This document shows, one piece after another, positions 1 through 10,028 of a stretch of 64,000 nt of DNA. The notes under the pieces are model-generated. The model saw nothing but the letters and a program-made list of their open reading frames with translations. It made no database searches and was not told the DNA's origin. Made by a program: the position numbers and the translations under genes. Numbering within the stretch: the stretch's first letter is position 1; every line of letters starts with the position of its first letter. This stretch comes from an archaeon (GTDB taxonomy: Archaea > SpSt-1190 > DYHY01), in contig JAZDJS010000049.1 of assembly GCA_043803745.1 (NCBI GenBank), positions 1 through 64,000 on the forward strand, read 5' to 3'.

Positions 1-127
1 AACAAACGGGCCGGCAATAAGCCTCTACAAACAAACCGGCTTTGTCCTTGAGGGGACGCTGAAGGGGCAGGTTTTCTACAAGGAACAATATGTTGACGAG
101 CTGATAATGTCAAAGCGGCTCCTTTAG
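1..127 (+). CDS. GNAT acetyltransferase, C-terminal fragment (gene starts before window)
   Basis: Frame 2 reads TNGPAISLYKQTGFVLEGTLKGQVFYKEQYVDELIMSKRLL*, matching the GNAT N..AI.LY.K.GF..EG motif; not in ORF track. Confidence 0.75.
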   Translation, partial: TNGPAISLYKQTGFVLEGTLKGQVFYKEQYVDELIMSKRLL

Positions 128-928
128 GGCAAGTACTGAGAGCGCTTTGGAAGTCTGGGCCGCGGCAAGGGCCGGCTGGCGGAACCGTTCAGTCAGGGAA
201 ACCGGCTTTTCCTCGGAAAACTTAAGGTCGGCATATTCTATATTGTAGAGGACGAGCCCCTCTGCCGGAGCTGTCGGGATTCCCCTCACGGCGCCCGCCC
301 CGGCTTTTCCCAAGAGAAGCGCCTCGAGAAGGGAAAGGTTTATCGCGCCCTTTGCAGCCTCCTGCGCTCCGCCGACCATCCGTCTCACCTGATTCCATAG
401 GAAATTCCGCGCCGTGAATGAGAAAAGGAAGAATCCCGGGATACGCTTGACTTCGGCAGACTCGAGGGCAAACCGGGCGTTCTTCTCAACCGAATCTTTT
501 TTTGAAAAGGCTGAGAAATCCCGCTCCCCGGCCGCGAACTGGGCGACCGCCCTTGAAAGGAGGGAGAAGTCCTCGCCCGAATCCGGAAGGAAATACAGAT
601 AGGTCTTCCTCTCCGAATGGCGGGGAGTGAAGTCCTCCGGAACCTCCGCAAAACCCCAGACGCATACCGATTCCGGAAGCAGGTGATTGAGCTTCCCGAG
701 GATGGGCTTTTTCCCGGAATAGACGGCAACATTCGAGAGGGCTGAGACTCCCCGGTCAGTCCTTGAGGCGAAGAGAAGTTTGCCCTCCTCCGGGGCTGTG
801 AAGAACCCGCCCTTCCGGAGGGCTTGCGCAAGGGCGCCCGCAACGGTCGGAACCTTCGGCTGGATTTGGCTGCCGAAAAACTCTCCGCCGAAATAGGCGA
901 GTTTCAGGGCGTATTTGGCCTGGGACAC
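110..928 (-). CDS. truA: tRNA pseudouridine(38-40) synthase TruA
   Basis: AYFG..FFGSQ.QP, ASRTDRGVSA catalytic motif, FLWNQVRRMVG, APAEGLVL. Confidence 0.93.
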   Translation of the reverse strand: MSQAKYALKLAYFGGEFFGSQIQPKVPTVAGALAQALRKGGFFTAPEEGKLLFASRTDRGVSALSNVAVYSGKKPILGKLNHLLPESVCVWGFAEVPEDFTPRHSERKTYLYFLPDSGEDFSLLSRAVAQFAAGERDFSAFSKKDSVEKNARFALESAEVKRIPGFFLFSFTARNFLWNQVRRMVGGAQEAAKGAINLSLLEALLLGKAGAGAVRGIPTAPAEGLVLYNIEYADLKFSEEKPVSLTERFRQPALAAAQTSKALSVLALKEPL

Positions 929-965
929 AATTGTTTTTATTCAGGGGTGTTTAATTCGCTTTGCA

Positions 966-1739
966 TTGGCTGCCGGCACGGAAGTCTGGATTGACATAAG
1001 GAAGGGCGCAAGAGAGAACTCCGCAGAATATTTCGACAGGGCGAAGAAACTGAAGGAAAAACTCCGGCGCATAAGGGCGCTTCTGGAGTCTGAAAGCAAG
1101 CCGGCGGCGGCCAAGAGACCGGCTGCCGAAAAGGCCAAGAAAAAAACCGAGTGGTACGAACGCTTCAGGCATTTCATCTCGTCGGAGGGAAACCTTGTGA
1201 TAGGCGGGAAGGATGCCCGGATGAATGAGGAAGTGATAAAGAAGCACACCAGCAAGGCTGACACGGTTTTCCACGCGGATCCTGCGGGAAGCCCCTTCGT
1301 CGTTATCCGCGGAGCCTGCGGGGAGAAGACCCTCTCGGAAGCGGCAACCTTCTGCGCAGCCCATTCCCGCGCATGGCAGGCGCGGATTGCATCCGTTGAT
1401 GTCTATTGCGTGAAGCCCGAGCAGGTGAGCAAGAAAGCTCTGCCTGGGGAATTTCTCCCGAAAGGGGCTTTCATGATTTACGGGGAGAAGCGGTATTTCA
1501 AGAACACCGTTCTCGAGCTTGCCGTTTTCGTTTCGGAAGACGGCTTGCCCGCGGCAGCCCCCCCTTCGGCGGCGAATCAGAAAAAGTCGGTTGTGATAAT
1601 TCCTGGGGGGATTGAGAGGAAGGAAACTATAAGGGAAATAAAGGCTGTCATCGGGTTTCCCGGAAGGGATGATGAGATTGACAAGCTGCTCCCCCCGGGA
1701 AAATGCGAGTTCCTCAAGAGGAGAGTGCCGGACAAATGA
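966..1739 (+). CDS. NFACT RNA-binding domain protein (Rqc2/DUF814-like)
   Basis: WYERFRHFISSEG.LVIGGKDA..NE, FHAD..GSP, QVSK....GEFLPKGAFMIYG; start likely TTG 966 (ORF track 915). Confidence 0.85.
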   Translation: MAAGTEVWIDIRKGARENSAEYFDRAKKLKEKLRRIRALLESESKPAAAKRPAAEKAKKKTEWYERFRHFISSEGNLVIGGKDARMNEEVIKKHTSKADTVFHADPAGSPFVVIRGACGEKTLSEAATFCAAHSRAWQARIASVDVYCVKPEQVSKKALPGEFLPKGAFMIYGEKRYFKNTVLELAVFVSEDGLPAAAPPSAANQKKSVVIIPGGIERKETIREIKAVIGFPGRDDEIDKLLPPGKCEFLKRRVPDK

Positions 1740-2236
1740 GCGGGAATGCGAATGAACCGGAAAAGAAGCCGGAAACGGACATCCCCCTTTGGGCGGTTCT
1801 CCTCATGGGCGTCCTTATGATGGGGGCTTCTTTTGCAGCTGTCTTCTTCCTTGTTGGAGGCGGGGACATCTCCGCCCCGGTCGCAAGGAGCGAGGAATGG
1901 GAATACTGGGGTTCGCACTTTCACCTGAAGATAAAATACAACACAAGCGAGCCGGTAATTGCGACAAAGAACTCGGTCCAGGTCGGCAGGGGCTGCAACG
2001 TCCAGATAAACAGCTCGATAACGCCGGCGGGCAGCTTCAAGGAAAAGATGAACTTGATGATGAAACGCAGCGGGGACATCGTGATCCAGAACGCCACGAA
2101 CATAGGATCCCTTACCGCAGAAATCCAGACCGCGCTGACGAGAATCTATGCATACTACTGCTATGGGCGGACCTTCACGGTAACAACCGGAAAATACTGC
2201 AAATTCGACATAATTGTCGCGGCTTGCGAGGGATAG
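1736..2236 (+). CDS. Hypothetical single-pass membrane protein
   Basis: ATG overlaps upstream stop (ATGA); N-terminal TM segment. Confidence 0.6.
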   Translation: MSGNANEPEKKPETDIPLWAVLLMGVLMMGASFAAVFFLVGGGDISAPVARSEEWEYWGSHFHLKIKYNTSEPVIATKNSVQVGRGCNVQINSSITPAGSFKEKMNLMMKRSGDIVIQNATNIGSLTAEIQTALTRIYAYYCYGRTFTVTTGKYCKFDIIVAACEG

Positions 2237-2299
2237 CGGAATCCCAATAGGGGAAACCCCTGCCCAAGTGTTTTAAGGAAGTTTTCATCCCCGATATCC

Positions 2300-4465
2300 G
2301 TGACTGGGCTGCAAGCAAAAATACCCGGAAATGTCCTTGACGTTTTCGGGGGAAGGGGGCGCCTTGAAAAACTCTATCCCCCCCAGCTCGAGTCCCTGAA
2401 ATCCGGGCTTTTCCAGGGGAAGAACATTCTCCTCTGCACGGGAACCGGGAGCGGGAAAACCCTTGTTGCCGAGCTTGCGGCGCTGAAGACGGTTCTTTCG
2501 GGAAAGAAGGTAGTTTACATAACCCCTCTTCGAGCCCTTTCCGGGGAGAAATACGAGGAGTTCAAGGGCAAGTACGGGGGAAAATTCAAAATCTCCCTCA
2601 GCATCGGGGGGCTTGACAAGAACGGCCGCTGGCTTTCTGGAAGCGACATAATATTCCTGACAACCGAAAAGCTTGACGCGCTGATGAGGCATAGGGCTGA
2701 GTGGCTGGGAGAAATCGGGCTTCTCGTAGCCGATGAAATACACGAAATCGGGGGCTCGCGGGGGCCGACACTTGAAATGGTCATAGTCAAGATCCGGAGG
2801 CTCGTGCCTTCGGCACAGATACTCGCCCTTTCGGCAACGGTTGGGAATGCGGGAGAGCTTGCCGACTGGCTCGGCGCGAAGCTGGTTGAAAGCAGCTTCC
2901 GCCCCGTCCCCCTCAAGGAAGGGGTTATCTGCGGAAGGAAGATAGTTTTCAAGGATGAGGGGGAAAGGCACATCAGGAAACCCGGGGCGGAGGGCGCCGT
3001 TCTCGACTGCCTTGAAGGGGGGAGCCAGGCCCTTGTTTTCAACAACACGAGGAGGAGCTCGGAGAAGACTGCGGAGGAGCTCGCCGAAATAACCGATGCG
3101 TTCCTCCGCAATCCAGATCGGGAATCCCTCAAGGAAACCTCGAAAAAAATACTTGACGCGCTTCCGTCCCCGACCGCCCAGTGCGAAAAGCTTGCCGGGC
3201 TTGTCCTGAAGGGCGCCGCATTCCACCATGCCGGGCTTGTCCATGGGCAGAAACTCCTTGTTGAGGAATGTTTCCGTTCCGGGAAAATAAAGGCGCTTTC
3301 GGCAACGGTCACGCTTGTGGCCGGAATGAACCTTCCGGCGAGGAGGATTGTGATAAAGGGCCTTGTCGGATGGGGCGACGGGGGCCCGAGGGAGTGGCCG
3401 GTTTCCCTTTACAAGCAGGCGGTCGGAAGGGCGGGAAGGCCCGGACTTGACAGCATTGGGGAAAGCCTTGTTGTTGCGAGGGATGAGGCTGCGCTTGAGG
3501 ATGTTTTCGAGAATTACATCCGCGGAAAGCCGGAGGAGGTTTCCTCCCTTCTAGGAAGCCCGCCAATACTCCGGAGGGAAATTTTGGGGGCAATTTCGGC
3601 CGGCTTTGTGAAGAACCTTGGCGGACTCGTTTCGTTCTTCGAGGAAACCTTCTACGCCCACAGGAACGGGGGCGTCGGAAGAATCCGGGAAACGCTAGTC
3701 TCGGCGCTCGAGGAGCTTGACGCCTGGGGGTTTGTGAAATATTCCGGGGCTGAGAGAAAAAGCCGGGGGGGCTTCCTCGAGCTTTCGGAATTGGTCGGAG
3801 CCCCGGAAGCTTCCGAAGGGGAGATTTCACTTACGAAACTCGGGCAACGAGTTTCGGAGCTTTATCTCGACCCTCTTAGCGCAAAGGAGCTTGTCGAGGG
3901 GCTGAAGGCCGGCAACCCGGGGACGTTCAATTATCTCGTTCTCCTTGCCTCGACAACCGAACTCATGCCGGGGCCCTCCGTGCGGGTCGCGGAAAGGGAG
4001 GGGATATGGACAAGGATTGCCGGGGAAAAGCTTAGCGGAGCTCCGGAACCCTGGGAGCCTGAAGCGGAAGTTTTCGCGAAATCAGTGAAGCTTGCGATTG
4101 CGCTCGAGGCATGGATAGGGGAGATTTCCGACAGGGAGATAATGGAACGGTTCAGCATTGCCCCGGGGGACTTGAGAAGCCGGCTTGTCAATTCGGACTG
4201 GGTGTGCTACTCGGCAGCCGAGCTTGCGAAAATCTGCGGGCTTGCCGAGGCGCGCTCCGAGCTTGCGAAACTCCAGATTAGGCTCGAGCACGGGATAAAG
4301 GAGGAACTCATCTCCCTGATTAAGCTCCCCGGAATCGGGAGGGTGAGGGCGCGCAAGCTTTTCGCAGCCGGGCTCAAGAACCCGTCGGCGGTCCTTAACA
4401 CTAAAAAGGAACGGCTTGCTGCAATTGTCGGGGAGAAGACTGCCGAGAAGCTCCTGTCAACTTAA
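2300..4465 (+). CDS. hel308: Ski2-like DNA helicase Hel308/Hjm
   Basis: TGSGKT, DEIH, LSAT, AFHHAGL, GRAGRPG, C-terminal HhH GIGRVRARKL. Confidence 0.93.
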   Translation: MTGLQAKIPGNVLDVFGGRGRLEKLYPPQLESLKSGLFQGKNILLCTGTGSGKTLVAELAALKTVLSGKKVVYITPLRALSGEKYEEFKGKYGGKFKISLSIGGLDKNGRWLSGSDIIFLTTEKLDALMRHRAEWLGEIGLLVADEIHEIGGSRGPTLEMVIVKIRRLVPSAQILALSATVGNAGELADWLGAKLVESSFRPVPLKEGVICGRKIVFKDEGERHIRKPGAEGAVLDCLEGGSQALVFNNTRRSSEKTAEELAEITDAFLRNPDRESLKETSKKILDALPSPTAQCEKLAGLVLKGAAFHHAGLVHGQKLLVEECFRSGKIKALSATVTLVAGMNLPARRIVIKGLVGWGDGGPREWPVSLYKQAVGRAGRPGLDSIGESLVVARDEAALEDVFENYIRGKPEEVSSLLGSPPILRREILGAISAGFVKNLGGLVSFFEETFYAHRNGGVGRIRETLVSALEELDAWGFVKYSGAERKSRGGFLELSELVGAPEASEGEISLTKLGQRVSELYLDPLSAKELVEGLKAGNPGTFNYLVLLASTTELMPGPSVRVAEREGIWTRIAGEKLSGAPEPWEPEAEVFAKSVKLAIALEAWIGEISDREIMERFSIAPGDLRSRLVNSDWVCYSAAELAKICGLAEARSELAKLQIRLEHGIKEELISLIKLPGIGRVRARKLFAAGLKNPSAVLNTKKERLAAIVGEKTAEKLLST

Positions 4466-5274
4466 GAAAGGGCGGCTTCCTTCGGGAAGATTTCCCTGAG
4501 GGTTATCTCGAAGACGAGCGCCTGCCCCGCAAGGGGATGGTTCGCGTCAAGGGTCAGGGTCATCTCCTCGCCCGCCGGGAAAACCCGGGCAACCACTGCT
4601 GAAAGCCCGCTTGGGAAAATCAGGGTTTCCCCCACTTCCGGCTGAAGCTCGAAAAGGGCGAAGCTTGAGTTTATGTCAGCGAGAACTGCCGCACCGTAGA
4701 CTGTGTAGACGACCGTGCCCATGGTTTCGTTTATCCCGTTTTTCTGCAGCTCGGAATAGGGTATTGTCGTGTATTTCGGTATTGTCACGTTCTGCACCAG
4801 TGACTGCTGCGGATACCCATACGCATCCTCGGGAGGAATCCTGACCGTCTTCTTCTCGCCGACCCTCATCCCCTTGATCGCATTGTCGAATCCGGGAATC
4901 ACCGCTCCCGAACCGAGGGCGAACTGCATTGGCTCGTATGTCCTGGCCGAGTCGTATAGTCCGGATTCCTTTGCCTCAGCCTCGATGCTTGTGTCGAAAG
5001 CTTCCCCGTTCTCGAACCTTCCGACATAATCGACTGAGACCAAGTCCCCTGCCTTCGCCCCGGACCCCGTCACCAGCGGCCCAAGGGCGAAATATGCGAA
5101 AAGGACTGCGAAGCAAGCAATGAAGATCGCGGAGGCAACGCCCAGAGGGGTTTTCAAAAATGGCAATCTCGTTCCCTTCTGAACTTGAAGGCCTGACGAA
5201 AGTTTCTTGCTTTCGGGCTTGATCTTCTTTAATGCCGCGGAAGCGTGACTGATGCGGGATTTTTTCCTTGCCAT
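4462..5274 (-). CDS. Membrane-anchored FKBP-type peptidyl-prolyl isomerase (SlyD-like)
   Basis: VDYVGRFENGEAFDTS, VIPGFDNAIKGM.VGE, IPPEDAYG, DANHPLAG; likely start MARKK at 5274 (longer ORF overlaps minD). Confidence 0.88.
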   Translation of the reverse strand: MARKKSRISHASAALKKIKPESKKLSSGLQVQKGTRLPFLKTPLGVASAIFIACFAVLFAYFALGPLVTGSGAKAGDLVSVDYVGRFENGEAFDTSIEAEAKESGLYDSARTYEPMQFALGSGAVIPGFDNAIKGMRVGEKKTVRIPPEDAYGYPQQSLVQNVTIPKYTTIPYSELQKNGINETMGTVVYTVYGAAVLADINSSFALFELQPEVGETLIFPSGLSAVVARVFPAGEEMTLTLDANHPLAGQALVFEITLREIFPKEAALS

Positions 5275-5362
5275 TCCGGGCGCGCTCAATTCCGGTTTAT
5301 AACACTTACAACAGTTACAAAAACGAAATAACATATTTAAGGCGGGGCTGCGGGCTCCCCAC

Positions 5363-6127
5363 ATGACCAGAAGAATCGCAATTGTCTCAGGCAAAGGCGG
5401 CGTCGGGAAGACCACGACCGCCGCAAACCTTGCAATCTGCCTTGCCCAGTTCGGGCGCGACGTAACCCTTGTCGACGCCAATTTCACGACGCCGGACCTT
5501 ACGATGCATTTCGGGACGCCCGTCGGGACTCCGACGCTCCACCACATAATGGCCGGGGAATACACGGTCGACCAGTCAATACACACGCACATTTCCGGGC
5601 TCAAGTTCATACCTGCAAGCATTGCGATAAGCGACATGAAGAAGAGGAGATATCACCGCCTTGAGAAGATAGTCGAGAAGCTGAAGGGGGATTACGTGAT
5701 TCTCGACACCCAGGCCGGGCTTTCAAGCGAAGTCCTCTCGGTAATTGCGGCCTCGGACGAGGTCCTTGTCGTGACGAATCCGGAATGGCCCGCAATAACC
5801 GACGCGCTCAAGACGATAATACTTGCGAAGGAATATGGCGCGCACATAACCGGGGTCGTCCTCAACCGGGTGACCAACTCGAAGATAGAGCCTAACATGA
5901 AGGGGCTTGAGACAATACTTGAGACCAACATTGTCGCGATAATACCCGAGGACAGGGAGGCGAAAGAAGCGATAGCCAACAAGAATCCGATCGTGATTTC
6001 CTCCCCGAATGCGGATTCCGCAATCGCATACAAGCAGCTTGCCGCGAACATTGCGGCAGTGCCCTACAAGGCTCCGGGAAAGTTCAGCAGGCGCATGGCG
6101 CGGCTTTTCGGGAAAATATTCGGGTGA
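5363..6127 (+). CDS. minD: MinD/ParA family ATPase
   Basis: Deviant Walker A SGKGGVGKTT; C-terminal amphipathic helix FSRRMARLFGKIFG. Confidence 0.9.
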   Translation: MTRRIAIVSGKGGVGKTTTAANLAICLAQFGRDVTLVDANFTTPDLTMHFGTPVGTPTLHHIMAGEYTVDQSIHTHISGLKFIPASIAISDMKKRRYHRLEKIVEKLKGDYVILDTQAGLSSEVLSVIAASDEVLVVTNPEWPAITDALKTIILAKEYGAHITGVVLNRVTNSKIEPNMKGLETILETNIVAIIPEDREAKEAIANKNPIVISSPNADSAIAYKQLAANIAAVPYKAPGKFSRRMARLFGKIFG

Positions 6128-6139
6128 GGAAAAACCAAG

Positions 6140-6778
6140 TTGCCAGCAAGAAAGAAGGTTTCTGCGGGAATGAGGAGAAAGGACGACAGGGCCCTTACGG
6201 CTTCCGAGCTTTACAGGGAGTTTGGGGCTGCGCCCCCGGAAAGGAAAATGGGCTTTCTCCGGACAGTGCGGCAAGTCCTTTTCTTCCCGGACCATTTCTT
6301 CCAGCAGGTTGAACGGATTCCCGTTCCGCAGGCGTTCGGGCATCTGCTGAAAATCGCGCTGTTCCCCGGTCTCTGGATGCTTGTTGCCCAGTTCGCATTC
6401 GGCGGGGGGTTTGCGGCATCCGCAAAGGCGGGCGCGTCAACATATTTGGGCGTCATCATCTCCGCGATATTCTCGGCCGGAATAGTCCACCTTGCGGTCA
6501 AGCTTGCGGGCGGGAAGAAGAACGTTGGCGAGACTTTCAAGGTAGCGTCTTTCGCGGGAACGCCATGGTTCGTCCTTTCCCCGTCGCTCATACCCTCGAT
6601 ATTCGGCCTAATCTGGGCAGTCTATCTCCAGACAATCGGGCTTGCCGCAAGCCAGAGAATAGGAAAGCTCCCTGCTTTTTTCGCGACAATTCTGCCCATT
6701 TTGGTTTGGATAGGGATTGTGGCCTACGTCGTGATTACCTATCCCGAAAAAGTCCTGGAAATCCTTGGCGGGGCGTAG
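6140..6778 (+). CDS. YIP1-family multi-pass membrane protein
   Basis: VLFFP..FF, HL.VKL.GGK..ETFKV..FA.TP; about 5 TMs. Confidence 0.7.
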   Translation: MPARKKVSAGMRRKDDRALTASELYREFGAAPPERKMGFLRTVRQVLFFPDHFFQQVERIPVPQAFGHLLKIALFPGLWMLVAQFAFGGGFAASAKAGASTYLGVIISAIFSAGIVHLAVKLAGGKKNVGETFKVASFAGTPWFVLSPSLIPSIFGLIWAVYLQTIGLAASQRIGKLPAFFATILPILVWIGIVAYVVITYPEKVLEILGGA

Positions 6779-6866
6779 TCTCTCTGGATGAACCCGAAGC
6801 CTTCGGGCCTTCGGGAAAACGCGCCGTCTTTGCATTCGGCCCGACGATGCATGCCGAGGGGAAAAT

Positions 6867-8705
6867 TCAGTCCTTTAAGATGAACTCGCCAATCCTCTTT
6901 CGGGCGGCTTCGCGCGCAGCCTGATGCTTCGCGAGGAACTCGGAAAGCTTGTCAACAAGGAGCTGCTTCATCTCCCCGGTGAGGAGCTTGCCGCTCCGGT
7001 AATTGTCGTGGATTTGCTTGAGCCGCGAATCTGATTCCTCGAAGAAGGTCAGGTATTGGTAGGGGACATCAATGTCCGGGTTCCCGCCGAGTTTCCTGTG
7101 TTCCTCGACTGTCGGCTGCCCCCCGGAGAAAGCATATTTCATTATTTTCGCGCGTATTTCCTTCGGCGAGTCCGTCGTGTAAATCGCGGCGCCCTCGGAA
7201 GAGGACATCTTCCCTCCCTGTTCAAGCCCCGGAAGGAACCTGCAGTGTATTGCGGCGGGCTTTGGATAACCCAGCTTCGGCGCAACATCCCGGGCAACGC
7301 GCCAGTAGGGGTCCTGGTCAATTGCCGCGGGGATTAGGACGGGCACCTCTTTTCCCTCAAGGAAAGACGGGAGGAAACAGGGCGCAGCCTGCATTGCCGG
7401 GAAGAAGACTATGCCGATGTTGCTCTCGTTGGTGAATCCGAATGTTGCCTTGGCTGAGGAGAATGTGACTTTTTTCGAGACTCTTACCGCAAGGGGGTAG
7501 AGCGTCCGCGCATATTCAGTGTCAAGGAAAATCTTCGTTTTCTTCGGGTCAAAGCCAATTGCGATTATGTCAAGTATGTTCTCGTATGCGAGCTTTTTCG
7601 TCTCCTCTAGCGACAGGTCCTTCACAAGGTGCTTTTCGTCATCAGTTATCTCGAAATAGAGGTCGCAGCCGAACTTGTCCTGGAGCCATTTGCAGAAAAA
7701 CCAAGGTATGAGATGCCCGAGGTGCGTCTTGCCTGACGGGCCCCTTCCAGTGTAGAGGGCGAACTTCCCGCCCTTTTCATAGTGGTCCAAGAGGAGGTCA
7801 AGGTCCCGGTGGGAGAAGAAAATCTTCCTCCGGAGGAAATGATGGAGTTCGCCGCCGGTGTGCCTTTTCAGGCGAGCGAGGATTTTTTCGTCGAGGGGGT
7901 TTGTTCCGAACTGCTTGATTAGCTTGGAGTAGTCGACGTCGCCCCTGACTTCCCAGGGGGTCACTGTGAAACTCTCCTTCTTCGCAATCTCCTTGAAATT
8001 CTCGGGTGTCGGGGTCGCTACCAAGAACTCTGAAATTCTCGGCTTTTGCTCCGCCTCTGCAAAAAGGGCGGTCATGTCCTCTAAAGCTGCCTTGACGAAC
8101 TTCTCCGTATCTTCCGTCCCAAAGAACCAGAATATGAAAACGACTTCTTTTGTTTTCGGGGTTATTTTGTCGTAGCTTCCAGGCCCGTTCAGAAGGGAGA
8201 TTAGCACATTTTCACCATCGGAAAGGACGATGTCGTCTTCGACCAGGGTTTTCTTCGCGCCGGAAAGCGTCTCGTACGTAGCGCCCTTTTCGGAAAGGTT
8301 GAACGTCAGTGTGTTGTCTTTATGGGTTGAGATGTCGTGACAGGAAATCATGCATGCACCCTTCATCTCAAGATAGAAAAGCAAATCCTCGAGAAAGGTT
8401 TTTTCTCTTGGCGGGTTTTTTCCTTTGGCAACTGACTCTATTTGGAATTCTATCGGGACGCTTTTTCCGAACTTGGAGAAGAATTCCTTTCCGTGGGCAT
8501 CTGCTTGAGGGAAACTCTCCTTGGCTTCGACCCTTTTTTTCAGGCTTGCTGCAAGCGCTTTCTGGTATTTCTCCGGAACCCGAAGCTTTGTCGAATTGTC
8601 AATCCCCCCGACAAACATCGCTGCAAACTTCAACGAAGGGTATTTCTCCAAAAGCTCGGGCTTGACTGAAATTGAAACCGGAATTTTTGCGTCTTTGAAT
8701 GTCAT
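6867..8705 (-). CDS. trpS: Tryptophanyl-tRNA synthetase (archaeal/eukaryotic type) with N-terminal B3/B4-like domain
   Basis: VTPWEV, YTGRGPS, HLGH, AIDQDPY, KMSSS in the C-terminal ~370 aa; N-terminal ~240 aa resembles free-standing B3/B4 proteins. Confidence 0.93.
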   Translation of the reverse strand: MTFKDAKIPVSISVKPELLEKYPSLKFAAMFVGGIDNSTKLRVPEKYQKALAASLKKRVEAKESFPQADAHGKEFFSKFGKSVPIEFQIESVAKGKNPPREKTFLEDLLFYLEMKGACMISCHDISTHKDNTLTFNLSEKGATYETLSGAKKTLVEDDIVLSDGENVLISLLNGPGSYDKITPKTKEVVFIFWFFGTEDTEKFVKAALEDMTALFAEAEQKPRISEFLVATPTPENFKEIAKKESFTVTPWEVRGDVDYSKLIKQFGTNPLDEKILARLKRHTGGELHHFLRRKIFFSHRDLDLLLDHYEKGGKFALYTGRGPSGKTHLGHLIPWFFCKWLQDKFGCDLYFEITDDEKHLVKDLSLEETKKLAYENILDIIAIGFDPKKTKIFLDTEYARTLYPLAVRVSKKVTFSSAKATFGFTNESNIGIVFFPAMQAAPCFLPSFLEGKEVPVLIPAAIDQDPYWRVARDVAPKLGYPKPAAIHCRFLPGLEQGGKMSSSEGAAIYTTDSPKEIRAKIMKYAFSGGQPTVEEHRKLGGNPDIDVPYQYLTFFEESDSRLKQIHDNYRSGKLLTGEMKQLLVDKLSEFLAKHQAAREAARKRIGEFILKD

Positions 8706-8717
8706 TCCAATTGTTAA

Positions 8718-10028
8718 TCACCCCCGTTTCTTTATATTATCTGCTTTTGTCCGGCGCGTTTTGTCATATGCCGAAAGGTCCAGGAGGCCGTGGCCCGAGA
8801 GGTTGAAGAGGATCGCCCGTTCCCGGCCCCTGTTCTCCCTTGCAAGCCGGATTACCTGTGCGATTGCGTGCGCGCTCTCGGGGGCGGGGATTATCCCTTC
8901 AGCCCGGGTAAAAAGCTCGGCTGCACGGAAAGTCTCCGCTTCCCCGATTGAAACGGCCCGGGCAAAGCCCTCGGAAATTGCCTTCGAAAGGCTTGGGGCA
9001 AGCCCATGGTAGCGGAGGCCGCCGGCGTAGATTTGCGGGGGGATGAATCCCGAACCGAGGGTGTGCATTTTCAGGAGCGGCGTAGTCTTCGCAGAATCCC
9101 CGAAATCGTATTCGTATTTCCCCTTCCCGACTGAGGCGCATTCCTCCGGCTCGACAGCAACGAAATCGGCTTCGGGGAATTTCCGCATCAGGGGAAACGC
9201 TATTCCCGCGAAATTGCTCCCGCCGCCGATGCAGCCGACAACATGGTCCGGGGCTTCCCCGAACATCCTGAGCTGCTTTTCCGCCTCAAGCCCTATCACC
9301 GACTGGTGTATCATCACGTGATTGAGGACGCTTCCCAGGGCGTATTTCGCGGAGCCCCCGGATTTCGCAACGGTTTCGATTGCCTCGGATATCGCAATCC
9401 CAAGGGAGCCGGGATGTGCCGGGTTTTCCGAAAGCATCTGCCTCCCGAATTCCGTTTTTCCGGATGGTGAGGGAGATATTTCCGCGCCGTAGAGACCCAT
9501 TATGGTTTTCCTCCCGGGCTTTTGGTCATAGCTACACCTTACCATGAAAACCTCGCAGCCGATTCCCGCCCTTGCGCAGGCAAGGGAAAGAGCGGAGCCC
9601 CACTGGCCGGCCCCGGTTTCGGTCACAAGGGTTTTTACTCCCTCATCCCGGGCATAGATTGCCTGGGGTATTGCGGTGTTCACCTTATGGCTTCCTGTAG
9701 CTGTCATGTCCTCCCGCTTGAAGTAAATCCTGCATTTCGTCCTGAGGGCTTCCTCAAGCCCGAGCGCCCGCCTCATCGGCGTTGGCCGATTTATTGAATA
9801 GAGGGCGTCCCTGACCTCCCTGGGGATTTCTATCTTCCGCTTCCTTGAGAACTCGAGAGCAACCGCCGCCTTTGTGAAAAGGGGTAGAAGGGCCTCCGGA
9901 CCAAGGGGCTCCCCGGTCCCCGGATGCTTCGGCGGGGGCGTCCTTATGCTTCCGCAAAAGTTATGGTATTTTTTCGGGATGTTTCTCCTTCCAAGCCTCA
10001 CTTCCAACTGTTCGTTTCCTTTTTTCAT
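8718..10028 (-). CDS. trpB2: Tryptophan synthase beta-like PLP enzyme, TrpB2 type
   Basis: TGSHKVNTAIPQA (PLP Lys), ETGAGQWGSALS, GSLGIAISEA, AGGLRYHG, PAPESAHA, NLSGHGLLD. Confidence 0.93.
   Translation of the reverse strand: MKKGNEQLEVRLGRRNIPKKYHNFCGSIRTPPPKHPGTGEPLGPEALLPLFTKAAVALEFSRKRKIEIPREVRDALYSINRPTPMRRALGLEEALRTKCRIYFKREDMTATGSHKVNTAIPQAIYARDEGVKTLVTETGAGQWGSALSLACARAGIGCEVFMVRCSYDQKPGRKTIMGLYGAEISPSPSGKTEFGRQMLSENPAHPGSLGIAISEAIETVAKSGGSAKYALGSVLNHVMIHQSVIGLEAEKQLRMFGEAPDHVVGCIGGGSNFAGIAFPLMRKFPEADFVAVEPEECASVGKGKYEYDFGDSAKTTPLLKMHTLGSGFIPPQIYAGGLRYHGLAPSLSKAISEGFARAVSIGEAETFRAAELFTRAEGIIPAPESAHAIAQVIRLARENRGRERAILFNLSGHGLLDLSAYDKTRRTKADNIKKRG

Noticed and set aside
2285-3312. 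Long antisense ORFs over hel308 (also over pgk, gap, pheT)
   Set aside because: Shadow ORFs expected at this GC content; no motifs.
5275-5637. N-terminal extension of the FKBP ORF (likewise 42135-42668, 12552-12689, 18658-18771, 39310-39606)
   Set aside because: These overlap well-supported genes; downstream starts fit the families better.
6793-6860. CCCGAAG-C-CTTCGGG hairpin with 8-bp duplication between convergent genes
   Set aside because: Too short to separate from a terminator-like hairpin or chance; not clearly linked to the other repeat families.
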